Positions 17,833 through 26,588 of a DNA stretch of 64,000 nt are shown piece after piece; within the stretch, counting starts at the first letter, position 1; each line of letters starts with the position of its first letter. Source of the stretch: Thermoanaerobaculia bacterium (lineage in GTDB: Bacteria > Acidobacteriota > Thermoanaerobaculia > UBA5066 > Gp7-AA6); assembly GCA_046261875.1 (NCBI GenBank), contig JBHENW010000024.1:955-64954 (forward strand). The letters run 5' to 3'. Under the pieces are notes generated by a model. That model was not told where the DNA came from. It saw nothing but the letters and a program-made list of their open reading frames with translations, and did no database searches. A program made the position numbers and the translations under genes.

Positions 17833-20118
17833 ATGAAAAACGCCCGACCGGTTCTCGCGGCCGCTTTCCTGTGCGCATTCGCTTCGGGCGCGGGTCCGGC
17901 CGGGGCGGCGGAGGGACCGGGGGCGCTGCGCGGCGTGGTGGCCGACGAGGCGGGCCGGGCGGTGGCCGGGGCCAACGTGACCCTGGAGACTGCCCGCGGC
18001 CGGCCGCGGACGACGACGGACTCTGACGGCGGCTTTTCCCTCGAGGCTTCCGCTCCCGTAACCCTGCGGGTCGAAGCTCCCGGATTCCGCCCTCTGGAAC
18101 GGCGCGTGGAACCGGCCGATCTCGAGGCCGGCCTGCGTCTGGTGCTCGTGGCGGCCGGGGTGTCCGAACGACTCAGCGTCACGGCGACCCGAACGCCCGC
18201 CCGCCTGGCGGACACGGCGGCGAGCGTCGTCGTCCTGAGCTCGGAAGACCTGGCCTCTTCCGCGTCCCCCGCCCTGGACGACGCGTTGAGACAAGTCCCG
18301 GCTTTTTCGCTGTTCCGGCGGTCGAGCAGCCGGACGGCGAATCCGACCTCGCACGGCGTCTCGCTGCGCGGCGCGGGAGCCAGCGGCGCGAGCCGCGCGG
18401 TCGTGCTCGATGACGGCGTGCCGTTGAACGACCCGTTCGGCGGGTGGATCTACTGGGGGCGCACCCCGCGGGCGGCGGTCGAGAGAATCGAGGTACTGCG
18501 CGGCGGTGCGTCCGATCTCTACGGCAGCGCGGCTCTCGGGGGGGCCGTTCAGATGCTCCGGCGGAGCCCGGCCGATCCCTTTGCCGTGACCCTCGAGACG
18601 TCCTACGGATCACAGGACACTCCGGAGGCGTCGTTCTCCGCATCGGGCCGCCGGGACGGCTGGGGGGCCGTGCTGTCGGGCGAGGCTTTCCGGACCGGCG
18701 GCTACGTGCTCGTAGAGGAGGACGCGCGGGGACCGGTCGATGCGCGCGCCGCGTCGCGGCACGGTACCGTCGACCTGGCCGTCGAGCGCGGCGGCGGCGG
18801 CTCGCGGCTCTTCCTGCGCGGCTCGCGGTTCGAGGAGTCGCGTGAGAACGGAACCCCGCTCCAGGAGAATGACACGGAGAGCCTCCACCTCGCCGCGGGC
18901 GGCGACTGGAGGCTGGGCGGCGGCGGCCTCACGGCGCGGCTCCACGGCGCCGACCAGGATTTCCGCCAGACGTTCTCGGCGATCGCGGCGGACCGCGCGA
19001 CGGAGCGGCTGACGCGGCTCCAGCGGGTCCCCTCCGACGCGGCCGGAGCCGCGCTGCAATGGACGGGAGCCGCGGGTGGGCGGCACCTCCTGGTCGCGGG
19101 CGCGGAGGGACGGCAGGTCCGCGGAGAGAGCCGCGAGGAGGTTCTCACCGATGGCGGTTCGAGCTTCGTGGACGCGGGCGGCCGCGAGCGCACCGCCTCC
19201 GTCTTCCTGGAGGACATCGTCACCGCCGGCGCCCGCTGGACGCTGACGGCGGGGGTGCGCTTCGATCGCTGGTGGAACGCGGAGGCCCGATCGGCCACGC
19301 GCGCGGCGCGCGACGCAGCACCGGTCGTCACGCCACTGTCCGGCCGTTCGGAGACTGCCTGGAGCCCGCGGCTCTCGGCGCTCCATCGCCTCTCCGGCGC
19401 CGTCTCGCTGACCGTTTCCGCCTACCGGTCCTTCCGCGCCCCGACCTTGAACGAGCTGTATCGGACCTTCCGCGTCGGAAACGCCCTGACGCTGGCCAAC
19501 GAGGCGCTCGCGCCCGAGCGTTCCCGGGGCGTGGACGCGGGAGCGATCCTCTCGTCCGGCTCCGGCCGCCTCGGCGCCCGGGCGACCCTTTTCTGGATGG
19601 AGATCGAGGACGCCGTCGGCAACGTGACCCTCTCCGTGACCCCTTCGCTCATCACGCGCCGGAGACAGAACATCGGGGAGATCCGCACCCGGGGAACCGA
19701 GCTCGACTTCGACTGGCGCCCGACGGCGGGCTGGAAGCTGGCCGGCGGCTACCAGCTCGCGGACGCGACCGTCCGGTCGTCGCCCGCGGAGCCGGCTCTC
19801 GCCGGCCTGCGCGTCCCGCAGGTCCCCCGCCATCGCGTCTCGCTGCAAGCGGTTTATTCGAAACCCGCCCTGGCCGCGGCGGGGCTCTCCCTGCGCTGGA
19901 CCTCCAGCCAGTTCGACGACGACAAGAACCTCCTTCCCCTCGCGTCCTTCTGGACGGCGGACGCCGTCGTCTCCCGGAGCCTGTGGCGCGGCCTCGAGGG
20001 CTTCCTCGCCGTGGAGAACGTCTTCGACGAGCGCTACGAGATCGGCCGCACACCCGTGCGCACCCTGGGGCCGCCGAGGGCCCTCCGCGGCGGCCTGCGG
20101 CTGCGGATGCCGGACTGA
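17833..20118 (+). CDS. TonB-dependent receptor with N-terminal carboxypeptidase-regulatory-like domain
   Basis: Signal peptide; Cna-B/CarboxypepD_reg-like segment (GVVADEAGRAVAGANVTLE...DSDGGFSL); plug domain (VPLNDPFGGWIYWG); C-terminal beta-barrel ending in aromatic residue region. Confidence 0.85.
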   Translation: MKNARPVLAAAFLCAFASGAGPAGAAEGPGALRGVVADEAGRAVAGANVTLETARGRPRTTTDSDGGFSLEASAPVTLRVEAPGFRPLERRVEPADLEAGLRLVLVAAGVSERLSVTATRTPARLADTAASVVVLSSEDLASSASPALDDALRQVPAFSLFRRSSSRTANPTSHGVSLRGAGASGASRAVVLDDGVPLNDPFGGWIYWGRTPRAAVERIEVLRGGASDLYGSAALGGAVQMLRRSPADPFAVTLETSYGSQDTPEASFSASGRRDGWGAVLSGEAFRTGGYVLVEEDARGPVDARAASRHGTVDLAVERGGGGSRLFLRGSRFEESRENGTPLQENDTESLHLAAGGDWRLGGGGLTARLHGADQDFRQTFSAIAADRATERLTRLQRVPSDAAGAALQWTGAAGGRHLLVAGAEGRQVRGESREEVLTDGGSSFVDAGGRERTASVFLEDIVTAGARWTLTAGVRFDRWWNAEARSATRAARDAAPVVTPLSGRSETAWSPRLSALHRLSGAVSLTVSAYRSFRAPTLNELYRTFRVGNALTLANEALAPERSRGVDAGAILSSGSGRLGARATLFWMEIEDAVGNVTLSVTPSLITRRRQNIGEIRTRGTELDFDWRPTAGWKLAGGYQLADATVRSSPAEPALAGLRVPQVPRHRVSLQAVYSKPALAAAGLSLRWTSSQFDDDKNLLPLASFWTADAVVSRSLWRGLEGFLAVENVFDERYEIGRTPVRTLGPPRALRGGLRLRMPD

Positions 20119-20133
20119 GCGAGGAGCGGAAAC

Positions 20134-20640
20134 ATGAAAAGGCGAAACGATCCGTGGGCGGGCCTTCTCGCCGGACTGGCCGCCGGCCTCTGCGCGTCCT
20201 GGACGATGAACCAGTTCCAGTTCCTCTGGAACCGGTTCCGGTCGTATCAGCGGGAGATGCCTGAGGACGAGCAGGGCGAAGACACGACGGTGAGGACGGC
20301 GCGCGCGGTCTCCGTGGGGCTCTTCCGCCACGAGCTGTCGCAGAAAGAAGAGCGCTGGGCGGGGCCGCTCGTTCACTACGCGTTCGGCGCGGCCGTCGGA
20401 GGCCTCTACGGCGCGATCGCCGAGAAGGAGCCGCGCGTCACCGCGGGCGCCGGCATCCCGTTCGGGACCGCGTTCTGGCTGGTCGCGGACGAATCCGCCG
20501 TCCCGCTGCTCGGGCTCTCCGAGCCGCCCGGCCGTTACCCTCTTTCCGTCCACCTCTACGCGCTCGTTTCGCACTGGGTCTTCGGAGCGACGGCGGAGTT
20601 CGTCCGGCGCGCGCTCCGCGGGCGCCTTTCCCGCTTCTGA
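20134..20640 (+). CDS. hypothetical small membrane protein
   Basis: 168-aa ORF with 3-4 hydrophobic segments immediately downstream of TonB receptor; no recognisable catalytic motif. Confidence 0.45.
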   Translation: MKRRNDPWAGLLAGLAAGLCASWTMNQFQFLWNRFRSYQREMPEDEQGEDTTVRTARAVSVGLFRHELSQKEERWAGPLVHYAFGAAVGGLYGAIAEKEPRVTAGAGIPFGTAFWLVADESAVPLLGLSEPPGRYPLSVHLYALVSHWVFGATAEFVRRALRGRLSRF

Positions 20641-20644
20641 CGAT

Positions 20645-21787
20645 TCAGCCGCCGGCCGGGGAGTCGGACGCCGCGTCCAGCCAGCCTCCCCGGAAACCGG
20701 CGCGCCGCAGACCCCGGACGAGCGGGACGGAATTCCGCATGAGCTTCCAGATCATCTCCGAGCGCTCGTTCTCGATCATCACGACCACGGGTCCCTGATC
20801 GAGGCCGTAGTAGCCGCGCGCGACCCACCCCGTCCCTCCCTCCGCCCGGAACGAGGGATTGAAGCTGCACATGAACCCGTACCGGCTCCGCATCTGGGGA
20901 TAGCGCTCATTGAAGAACGCGATCGTCGGCCGGACGATCTCGGGCGCGAACGGCAGCGAAGTCACCGCGGCCCATGGCGAGATCGTCCCGTCGTCCGGAC
21001 CGAACGGAACTCCGCGGGCCCGGTAGTCGTAGAAGCGCCGTGTCACGCCGCCGATGCGCCGGACGACGTTGCCCGGCCCGTCGCTCGCCGTCACTCCCCA
21101 GCAGCGGTCGCCGTACGCGGTGAAGCCGTGGGGGTTCCTCGTCGCGTATCGCTGCTGGACGTAGGTCGCGCGGCGGCTGTTCTCGAAATAGTCCGTCTTC
21201 TTCGCGCGCATGAACGCGTCGCGGATGCCGCGGAAGTCGATCCAGATGTGCGAAAGCTGATGCGTGAAGAGCGGCCCGGAGTAGAGGAACCGTTCCCCGT
21301 ACAGGTTCTTCCAGCGGTAGGTCTTCGCCCACGCGTCGTAACTGCCGGGACCGATCGCGTGCCTCCGAGAACCGAGCGCGAGGACGTAGAGGATCAGCGC
21401 CTCGTTGTATCCGTTCCAGGACGTGGGAAGGAACCCGGACTCCGGGTGCCACCCATGGGAGATGAGGCCATTCGGCCTCAGGGTCCAGCGCCAGTCCGCG
21501 CGCTCGTAGAGCCGTTCGCTCGTCTGCCGGATCTCCCGCTCGATCGGCGAGTCCCCGTCGAAGAAGGCGCCGGCCGTGATGGCCCCGCCGAGAAGGATCC
21601 CGGAATCCATGGTGGACAGCTCGCACCCGTGCGCGCGCCGCCCCGTCCGCATGTCGAGAAAGTGATAGTAGAACCCGCGGTTGCCCGTCGCGTCGGCCTC
21701 TACCCCCTGCGGGCTTCGATCGAAGAAGCGCAGAGTCGTCGCCGTGCGCTCAGCGGCCTCCGTCCGGGTCAGCCAACCCCGCTTCAC
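20645..21787 (-). CDS. DUF3131/GH144-like (alpha/alpha)6 glycoside hydrolase, putative endo-beta-1,2-glucanase; the in-frame region 21788..~21960 lacks stops and looks like genuine coding sequence (see findings)
   Basis: Motifs GFYYHFLDMRTG, WNGYNEALILYVLALGS, YSGPLFTHQLSHIWIDFRG, YYGLDQGPVVVMIENERSEMIWKLM resemble the DUF3131/GH144 family as I recall it. GTG at 21787 is the first canonical start. Confidence 0.5.
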   Translation of the reverse strand: MKRGWLTRTEAAERTATTLRFFDRSPQGVEADATGNRGFYYHFLDMRTGRRAHGCELSTMDSGILLGGAITAGAFFDGDSPIEREIRQTSERLYERADWRWTLRPNGLISHGWHPESGFLPTSWNGYNEALILYVLALGSRRHAIGPGSYDAWAKTYRWKNLYGERFLYSGPLFTHQLSHIWIDFRGIRDAFMRAKKTDYFENSRRATYVQQRYATRNPHGFTAYGDRCWGVTASDGPGNVVRRIGGVTRRFYDYRARGVPFGPDDGTISPWAAVTSLPFAPEIVRPTIAFFNERYPQMRSRYGFMCSFNPSFRAEGGTGWVARGYYGLDQGPVVVMIENERSEMIWKLMRNSVPLVRGLRRAGFRGGWLDAASDSPAGG

Positions 21788-21995
21788 GGCGACCGGGTAG
21801 CACGTCAGGGCGAACCCGACCGCCGCGATGCTGCAGGGGGCGCCGTACCGCGTGTTGTCGGGGATCAGACCGTTGCCGGGGTTCGCCTCGTGAAGGAAAT
21901 AGCCGAAGGTCTCGCGCTGCAGCTTCTCTAGCTCGCCTTCGGCCGACTCGGGCGCGGACGGGCGCCGCCCACGCTCCCGCGCGCGCCCGACCGTC

Positions 21996-23387
21996 TCAGC
22001 CCTCCTCGTCCAGCGCGGCCGCCGCGCCCTGCACCGCCTCCGCGAAAGTCGGGTGGATGAACGTCGCGTCCCGCACGACCTGGTACGACCCCTTCGCGTT
22101 CATCAGGGTCACGTACACGTGAACCATCTCGGCGGCCTCGGCCGCCAGGATCGCCGCGCCGAGGATCCGGCCGGACTTTCGATCCGCGAGGAGCTTGATG
22201 AAGCCGCCGGGCTCCCCGACCTCCCGCGCCTTGCCGTTCTTCGGCATCTCGAAGCGCGCGATACGCAGGGGGCGTCTCGCCCTGCGGGCCTCCGCCTCCG
22301 TCATACCGACCCGGCCGAGCTGGGGGTCCGTGTAGATCGCGTAAGGCAGGACGCGGTCCGTCGTCCGCGATCGGTCGCCGGCGAGCTGCGAGAGGAGGAC
22401 CCGGTAGTCGTCCCATGCCGTGTGGGTGAACATCGGCCCGCCGCGCACGTCCCCGGCGGCCCAGACGCCGCGGACGCGCGTCGCCAGCCGCCGGTCCACG
22501 CGGAGAAACCCGTCGCGCGAGCTCCGCAGGCCGATCTTTCCGAGGCCGAGGTCGTCCGTGTTCGCGCGGCGGCCGACCGCCACGAAGAGGTGCGAGCCCT
22601 CCAGGCGGACGCTGCCGCCGTCCTGGCGGATCTGTAGCTGGACTCCCTCTCCAGCGCGGCGCGCCCGCTCGACCCGGGCATTGAGCCGGAACGCGATCTC
22701 TTCGGATTCCAGGAACTGGCGCAGCGCGCCGGCGACCTCGGGGTCCTCACGGCCGGCGACCTCGGGAGACTCGTCGATGACCGTGACCCGCGCGCCCATC
22801 CGCCGGTAGAACTGCGCCATCTCGAGGCCGGTGTAGCCGCCCCCCAGGATGAGCAGGTGCTCCGGCAGCTCCTTGCCGTCCAGCCAGTTCTCCGAGTCGA
22901 TGCGAGGGAGCTTCGACAGCCCCGGGACTGAAGGGATGCGGCTGCGCGTGCCGGTATTGATGACCACCCGCCGCGCCCGGACGTCGGTCGCGCCGACCCG
23001 GAGGCGGAAGCCCTTTCTGTCCCGGCCTTCGAAGCGGGCATGGCCCTCCAGGAGCCGCGGGGCTTCGCCGCCGTGAAAGCCCTCCCGCAGGCCCGCCCGG
23101 AACTGGGTGACGACGTCCCGCGCGCGAGCGAGGACCCGGGAGAAGTCCGGCTTGACGGCGAGGATGCTCAGCCCGAACTCGTCGCCGCGGCGGGCGAGCT
23201 GGGCAACCCGGGCGGAAGCGATCACGGCTTTGGTGGGAGAGCACCCGAAGTTGACGCAGGAGCCGCCGAGGTCCTGGCGCTCCGCGAGCGCCACATGCAT
23301 TCCTTTCTTTGCCAGGGCGTGGGCGAGCGGAATTCCCGCCTGTCCGCCGCCGATCACGAGGACGTCGAACGTCTCCGGATGAGCCAA
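21996..23387 (-). CDS. FAD-dependent pyridine nucleotide-disulfide oxidoreductase (dihydrolipoamide dehydrogenase / mercuric reductase family)
   Basis: FAD site VLVIGGGQAGIPLA, redox-active disulfide GGSCVNFGCSPTK, NAD site LLILGGGYTGLEMAQ, C-terminal dimerisation domain with HPT motif (FIHPTFAE). Confidence 0.8.
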   Translation of the reverse strand: MAHPETFDVLVIGGGQAGIPLAHALAKKGMHVALAERQDLGGSCVNFGCSPTKAVIASARVAQLARRGDEFGLSILAVKPDFSRVLARARDVVTQFRAGLREGFHGGEAPRLLEGHARFEGRDRKGFRLRVGATDVRARRVVINTGTRSRIPSVPGLSKLPRIDSENWLDGKELPEHLLILGGGYTGLEMAQFYRRMGARVTVIDESPEVAGREDPEVAGALRQFLESEEIAFRLNARVERARRAGEGVQLQIRQDGGSVRLEGSHLFVAVGRRANTDDLGLGKIGLRSSRDGFLRVDRRLATRVRGVWAAGDVRGGPMFTHTAWDDYRVLLSQLAGDRSRTTDRVLPYAIYTDPQLGRVGMTEAEARRARRPLRIARFEMPKNGKAREVGEPGGFIKLLADRKSGRILGAAILAAEAAEMVHVYVTLMNAKGSYQVVRDATFIHPTFAEAVQGAAAALDEEG

Positions 23388-23402
23388 GGGTCCCCCGCGG
23401 AG

Positions 23403-24590
23403 CTAGGCGGACTCCCGGGGAACAGCTCCCGCCGCCCGCTCGACCTCCGCGGCGTCGAGGACGAGCCCCGCGTCGAGGCTCGCCTGGCGGATCCGCGCTT
23501 CGAGGCGCGCCCGCTTCCTGTGGGCGTCGCGCAGGCGCGCCGCCGGATCGGAGGCCTCCAGGCGCCGCACGCTCTCCGGCCGGGGCAGGGGCGGCCGCGG
23601 AGTCGTCTGTCCGGTGAGCAGGCGCTCGAGGCGCAGGCCGACGACCTCGAAGGCGCGATAGGTCCCGCTCGAGAACCGCTCCAGCGGGTTGCCGCGCTCG
23701 CGGGCGAGCTTCAGGAGCGCATCGAGGGACTCCTGCTCGATCGCGAGGAGCTCGGACCGTTCCCGGATCAGCCGGGTGATGCGCGCCGGCAGCTCACGGC
23801 TCCGGCGGAGCCGCTCGAGCGCGCAGGCCTCGTCGATCAGGTCGATCTCTTTGTCGGGCCGCTTTCGCTCGCGGTACTCGCCTCCGCGCGCCTCCGAGAG
23901 GTCCAGGGCGCGGTCCAGCGCGGCGTCCGTGATCGCCATCACGTGGTGCATCTCGAGGCGGCGGCGGCGCGCCTGGAGGACCTCCAGGGTCTGCTCCCGC
24001 GTCAGCTCGACGACGTCCACCGGATGGAACCGCCGCTCGAGCGCCGCGTCCGGCCGGATGTACATCTCGTACTCGTTGCGGGTCGTCGCCCCGATGACGC
24101 GCAGCGCTCCCCGCGAGAGGGCCGGCTTCAGCATGTTCGCGGCGTCCAGCGGCTGTCCCATCGCGGAGCCGGCCCCGATGAGGTTGTGGAGCTCGTCTAC
24201 GAAGAGGATCACGTTCGGATCGCGGCTCGCCTGGTCGATGACCCCCTGGAGGCGCTTCTCGAACTGGCCGCGGAAGGTCGTGCCCGCGATCATGTCGATG
24301 TGGGAAAGCATGAGGACGCGGGCGCGCGCGAGCGACGGAGGGACCCGGCCCGAGACGATCCGTTGCGCGAGCCCTTCGGCGATCGCCGTCTTTCCCACCC
24401 CCGCGTCGCCGACGAGGACCGGGTTGTTCTTCGACTGCCGCAGCAGGATCGCGACGACCCGCTCGATCTCGCGGTCGCGGCATCGCACCGGCTCGAGCTC
24501 TTCCCGCAGGGCCGCGTCGGTCAGGTCGCGTGTGTAGCTCTCCAGCGCATTGCGCTCCATCCCGGGCAGGGGCAGCTCGAACTCGGGCAT
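23403..24590 (-). CDS. AAA+ ATPase related to the first nucleotide-binding domain (D1) of ClpA/ClpB, lacking N-domain and D2
   Basis: YTRDLTDAALREELEPVRCRDREIERVVAILLRQSKNNPVLVGDAGVGKTAIAEGLAQRIVSG ... ILFVDELHNLIGAG ... MLKPALSRGALRVIGATT..EY..YI.PDAALERRF aligns with ClpB D1; only 395 aa and ends in a coiled-coil/Arg-rich tail. Confidence 0.7.
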   Translation of the reverse strand: MPEFELPLPGMERNALESYTRDLTDAALREELEPVRCRDREIERVVAILLRQSKNNPVLVGDAGVGKTAIAEGLAQRIVSGRVPPSLARARVLMLSHIDMIAGTTFRGQFEKRLQGVIDQASRDPNVILFVDELHNLIGAGSAMGQPLDAANMLKPALSRGALRVIGATTRNEYEMYIRPDAALERRFHPVDVVELTREQTLEVLQARRRRLEMHHVMAITDAALDRALDLSEARGGEYRERKRPDKEIDLIDEACALERLRRSRELPARITRLIRERSELLAIEQESLDALLKLARERGNPLERFSSGTYRAFEVVGLRLERLLTGQTTPRPPLPRPESVRRLEASDPAARLRDAHRKRARLEARIRQASLDAGLVLDAAEVERAAGAVPRESA

Positions 24591-24638
24591 ACAGCGGGAG
24601 TATAGAAACTGGGAGGGGGAAGGGACAGCCGGCGGGCG

Positions 24639-25001
24639 TCAGCGGCCGTGCTTTCGCACGGCGACGACGTACTCCAGGATGTCGTCGAGCTCCTCGGGGC
24701 TGATTTCCTCCCTGGAGAACCTGGGCATCGCTCCGAGTCCCGCGCGCACCTGGGTCCGCATCAGGAACTTCGGCGCCGGCTTGTTAGAAAGGGCCGGGCT
24801 GAACCCGAACTCCCCGCCCGTATGGCACTGGTTGCAGTGCCTCATGTAGAGGACCTCGCCGCGCTGGAGCTGGAGCGTATTCAAAGGGATCGGGCCGACC
24901 ACGGGCTCGCTGCGCCGGACGGAGCATCCGGAAAAGAGAACAGCGGCCACAGCGGCGGCCGCGAGCGCGGCGAGCGCCCATCCGGTCCGGTTCTTCCTCA
25001 C
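24639..25001 (-). CDS. small mono-heme cytochrome c lipoprotein
   Basis: Signal/lipobox (ALAALAAAAVAAVLFSGCS), heme-binding CNQCH motif, distal Met (GAMPRF). GTG start at 25001 overlaps the upstream SGDH stop (GTGA). Confidence 0.65.
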   Translation of the reverse strand: MRKNRTGWALAALAAAAVAAVLFSGCSVRRSEPVVGPIPLNTLQLQRGEVLYMRHCNQCHTGGEFGFSPALSNKPAPKFLMRTQVRAGLGAMPRFSREEISPEELDDILEYVVAVRKHGR

Positions 25002-26524
25002 GGTTTCGGCTCCGCGATGCTGGAGCGGCCCGTGATCCGCCAGAGCACGCCCGTGTTCTGCCGCGGCTGGGGGTTCTCGCCGATCGTCATGACCCCGAAG
25101 TCCACGACGTAGAGCGCCGAGCCGCTCGGGTCGAAGCGGGCGGCCACGGGCCGCTCGAGACCGCCCCCGCCGATGCGCGAAGCGGGCCCGTTCTTGGGAC
25201 CCTTGTTGGCGGCGAAGTCCTTCACGACACCGGTCCGCGGATCGACGCGAACGACCTTGAAGCCCACCGGGGAAAGGGTCTTTCCCGTGCCCGGCGACAT
25301 GTCCCCGAAGAGCGCGACGAACAGTTGTCCGACGTGCCCGAAGGCTTCGCTGCGAGAGAAGTCGAAGCCGTTGGCGGAGGAATGGACTCCGAAAAGAGCC
25401 GAAGGCTTCGGCGGCTTGCCGGGATGGGACGAGAGGAGAAGCTCCGGCTTCGGGCCCCCCGGCGGATCGAAGTGATCGCCGTCGTCGAGTCGCCGGTCCC
25501 CGTGGTGGTCGGGCCAGCCATACCAGGCTCCCGGGGTGATCTCCCAGAGAACGTCGCCGGTCCCGAACACGGGACGGCTGCCGCGGACGTCGTAGCTGTT
25601 CTCGGTCACGTAGAGTCGCCCGGCCGGCGAGAAGGCCAGGCCGAACGGGTTGCGGAGCCCCCAGGCGACGAGCTCGGGCCGGCCACCCTCCGCGGGCACC
25701 TTCATCACGGCGCCCGTGCAGGGAATCTCCCCCTTCACGATCTGGCCCGCCCGGGAGGGCGTTCCGAACGGCAGATACGCGCCGGTCTGGACCGCCGCAT
25801 TGGAACCGGGCTGGAGGACGTTCGGCGTCTCGAAGTTCCTCCCGGCGAGGGTCACCTCGCGGCAGGGAACGTCGTGAAATTTCGGGTGACGGGCGAGCCA
25901 CCCGAACTTCGCGCTGTCCTCTCCGACGATCCCCGAATTCGTCGCCGTGCCCTGGCCGAAGTAGATCCAGCCGTCCGGGCCCACCGCGGGGCCGTTCGTG
26001 TGGTGGTCGCCGACGCTCGGAAGCTTCTCGACGAGCGTCGAGATCTCTCCCCCGGGAGTGATTCGCAGGATCCGTCCGCCGTCGCGCTCGCCTCCTTCGG
26101 CGACGTAGAAGCTCCCGCCATGGAAAACGACGCCGTTCCACGGGCCGTTGTTCCCGCCGGAAGCGACGGTCGTCGTCCGGCCGTCTTCCTCGACGCGCAA
26201 GAGCCGCGGCGTGGCCCACACCTCCCCGTAGGAGTAACCGGCCTCGACCACGTGCGGGCGGCCGGACGCGTCGAAGGCGACGGCCGAAGGGAGGTTCAGC
26301 CCCTGCGCGATCGCTTCGATCCCGTAGCCTTCCGGGAGCGCCACGCCATCGGGGTGGACGACGCGAGGACCCTGGAAGGTCGTCTGCCCGCCCCCCGAAG
26401 ACGCCCGCATGCTGAAGCACGCGGAGGCGGCGATCACGCCGGGAAGCAGGATGCCGAGCGCAGCCGACCTCCACCGGAATCGCGTCTCAATCGCCATGAC
26501 GCGCACGGGAAGTGCAACGGCCAT
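24998..26524 (-). CDS. PQQ-dependent sugar/sorbosone dehydrogenase-like beta-propeller protein (SGDH family), paralog 2
   Basis: Paralogous to 15704..17227 (LAWGLRNPFGLAFSPAGRLYV, GAWYGWPD, YVVDFGV); N-terminal signal region (LGILLPGVIAASAC). Start could also be the Met at 26497. Confidence 0.7.
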   Translation of the reverse strand: MAVALPVRVMAIETRFRWRSAALGILLPGVIAASACFSMRASSGGGQTTFQGPRVVHPDGVALPEGYGIEAIAQGLNLPSAVAFDASGRPHVVEAGYSYGEVWATPRLLRVEEDGRTTTVASGGNNGPWNGVVFHGGSFYVAEGGERDGGRILRITPGGEISTLVEKLPSVGDHHTNGPAVGPDGWIYFGQGTATNSGIVGEDSAKFGWLARHPKFHDVPCREVTLAGRNFETPNVLQPGSNAAVQTGAYLPFGTPSRAGQIVKGEIPCTGAVMKVPAEGGRPELVAWGLRNPFGLAFSPAGRLYVTENSYDVRGSRPVFGTGDVLWEITPGAWYGWPDHHGDRRLDDGDHFDPPGGPKPELLLSSHPGKPPKPSALFGVHSSANGFDFSRSEAFGHVGQLFVALFGDMSPGTGKTLSPVGFKVVRVDPRTGVVKDFAANKGPKNGPASRIGGGGLERPVAARFDPSGSALYVVDFGVMTIGENPQPRQNTGVLWRITGRSSIAEPKP

Positions 26525-26588
26525 GCCGGCCCTATCGGCCCGGTCTAGGCGCCCGGAGCGGGCGGTTCGGGCGAGGAGCGCCGAACGG

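Noticed and set aside
18610-20574. 654-aa minus-strand ORF opposite the TonB-dependent receptor
   Set aside because: Antisense GC artefact; receiver plug/barrel motifs are on the plus strand.
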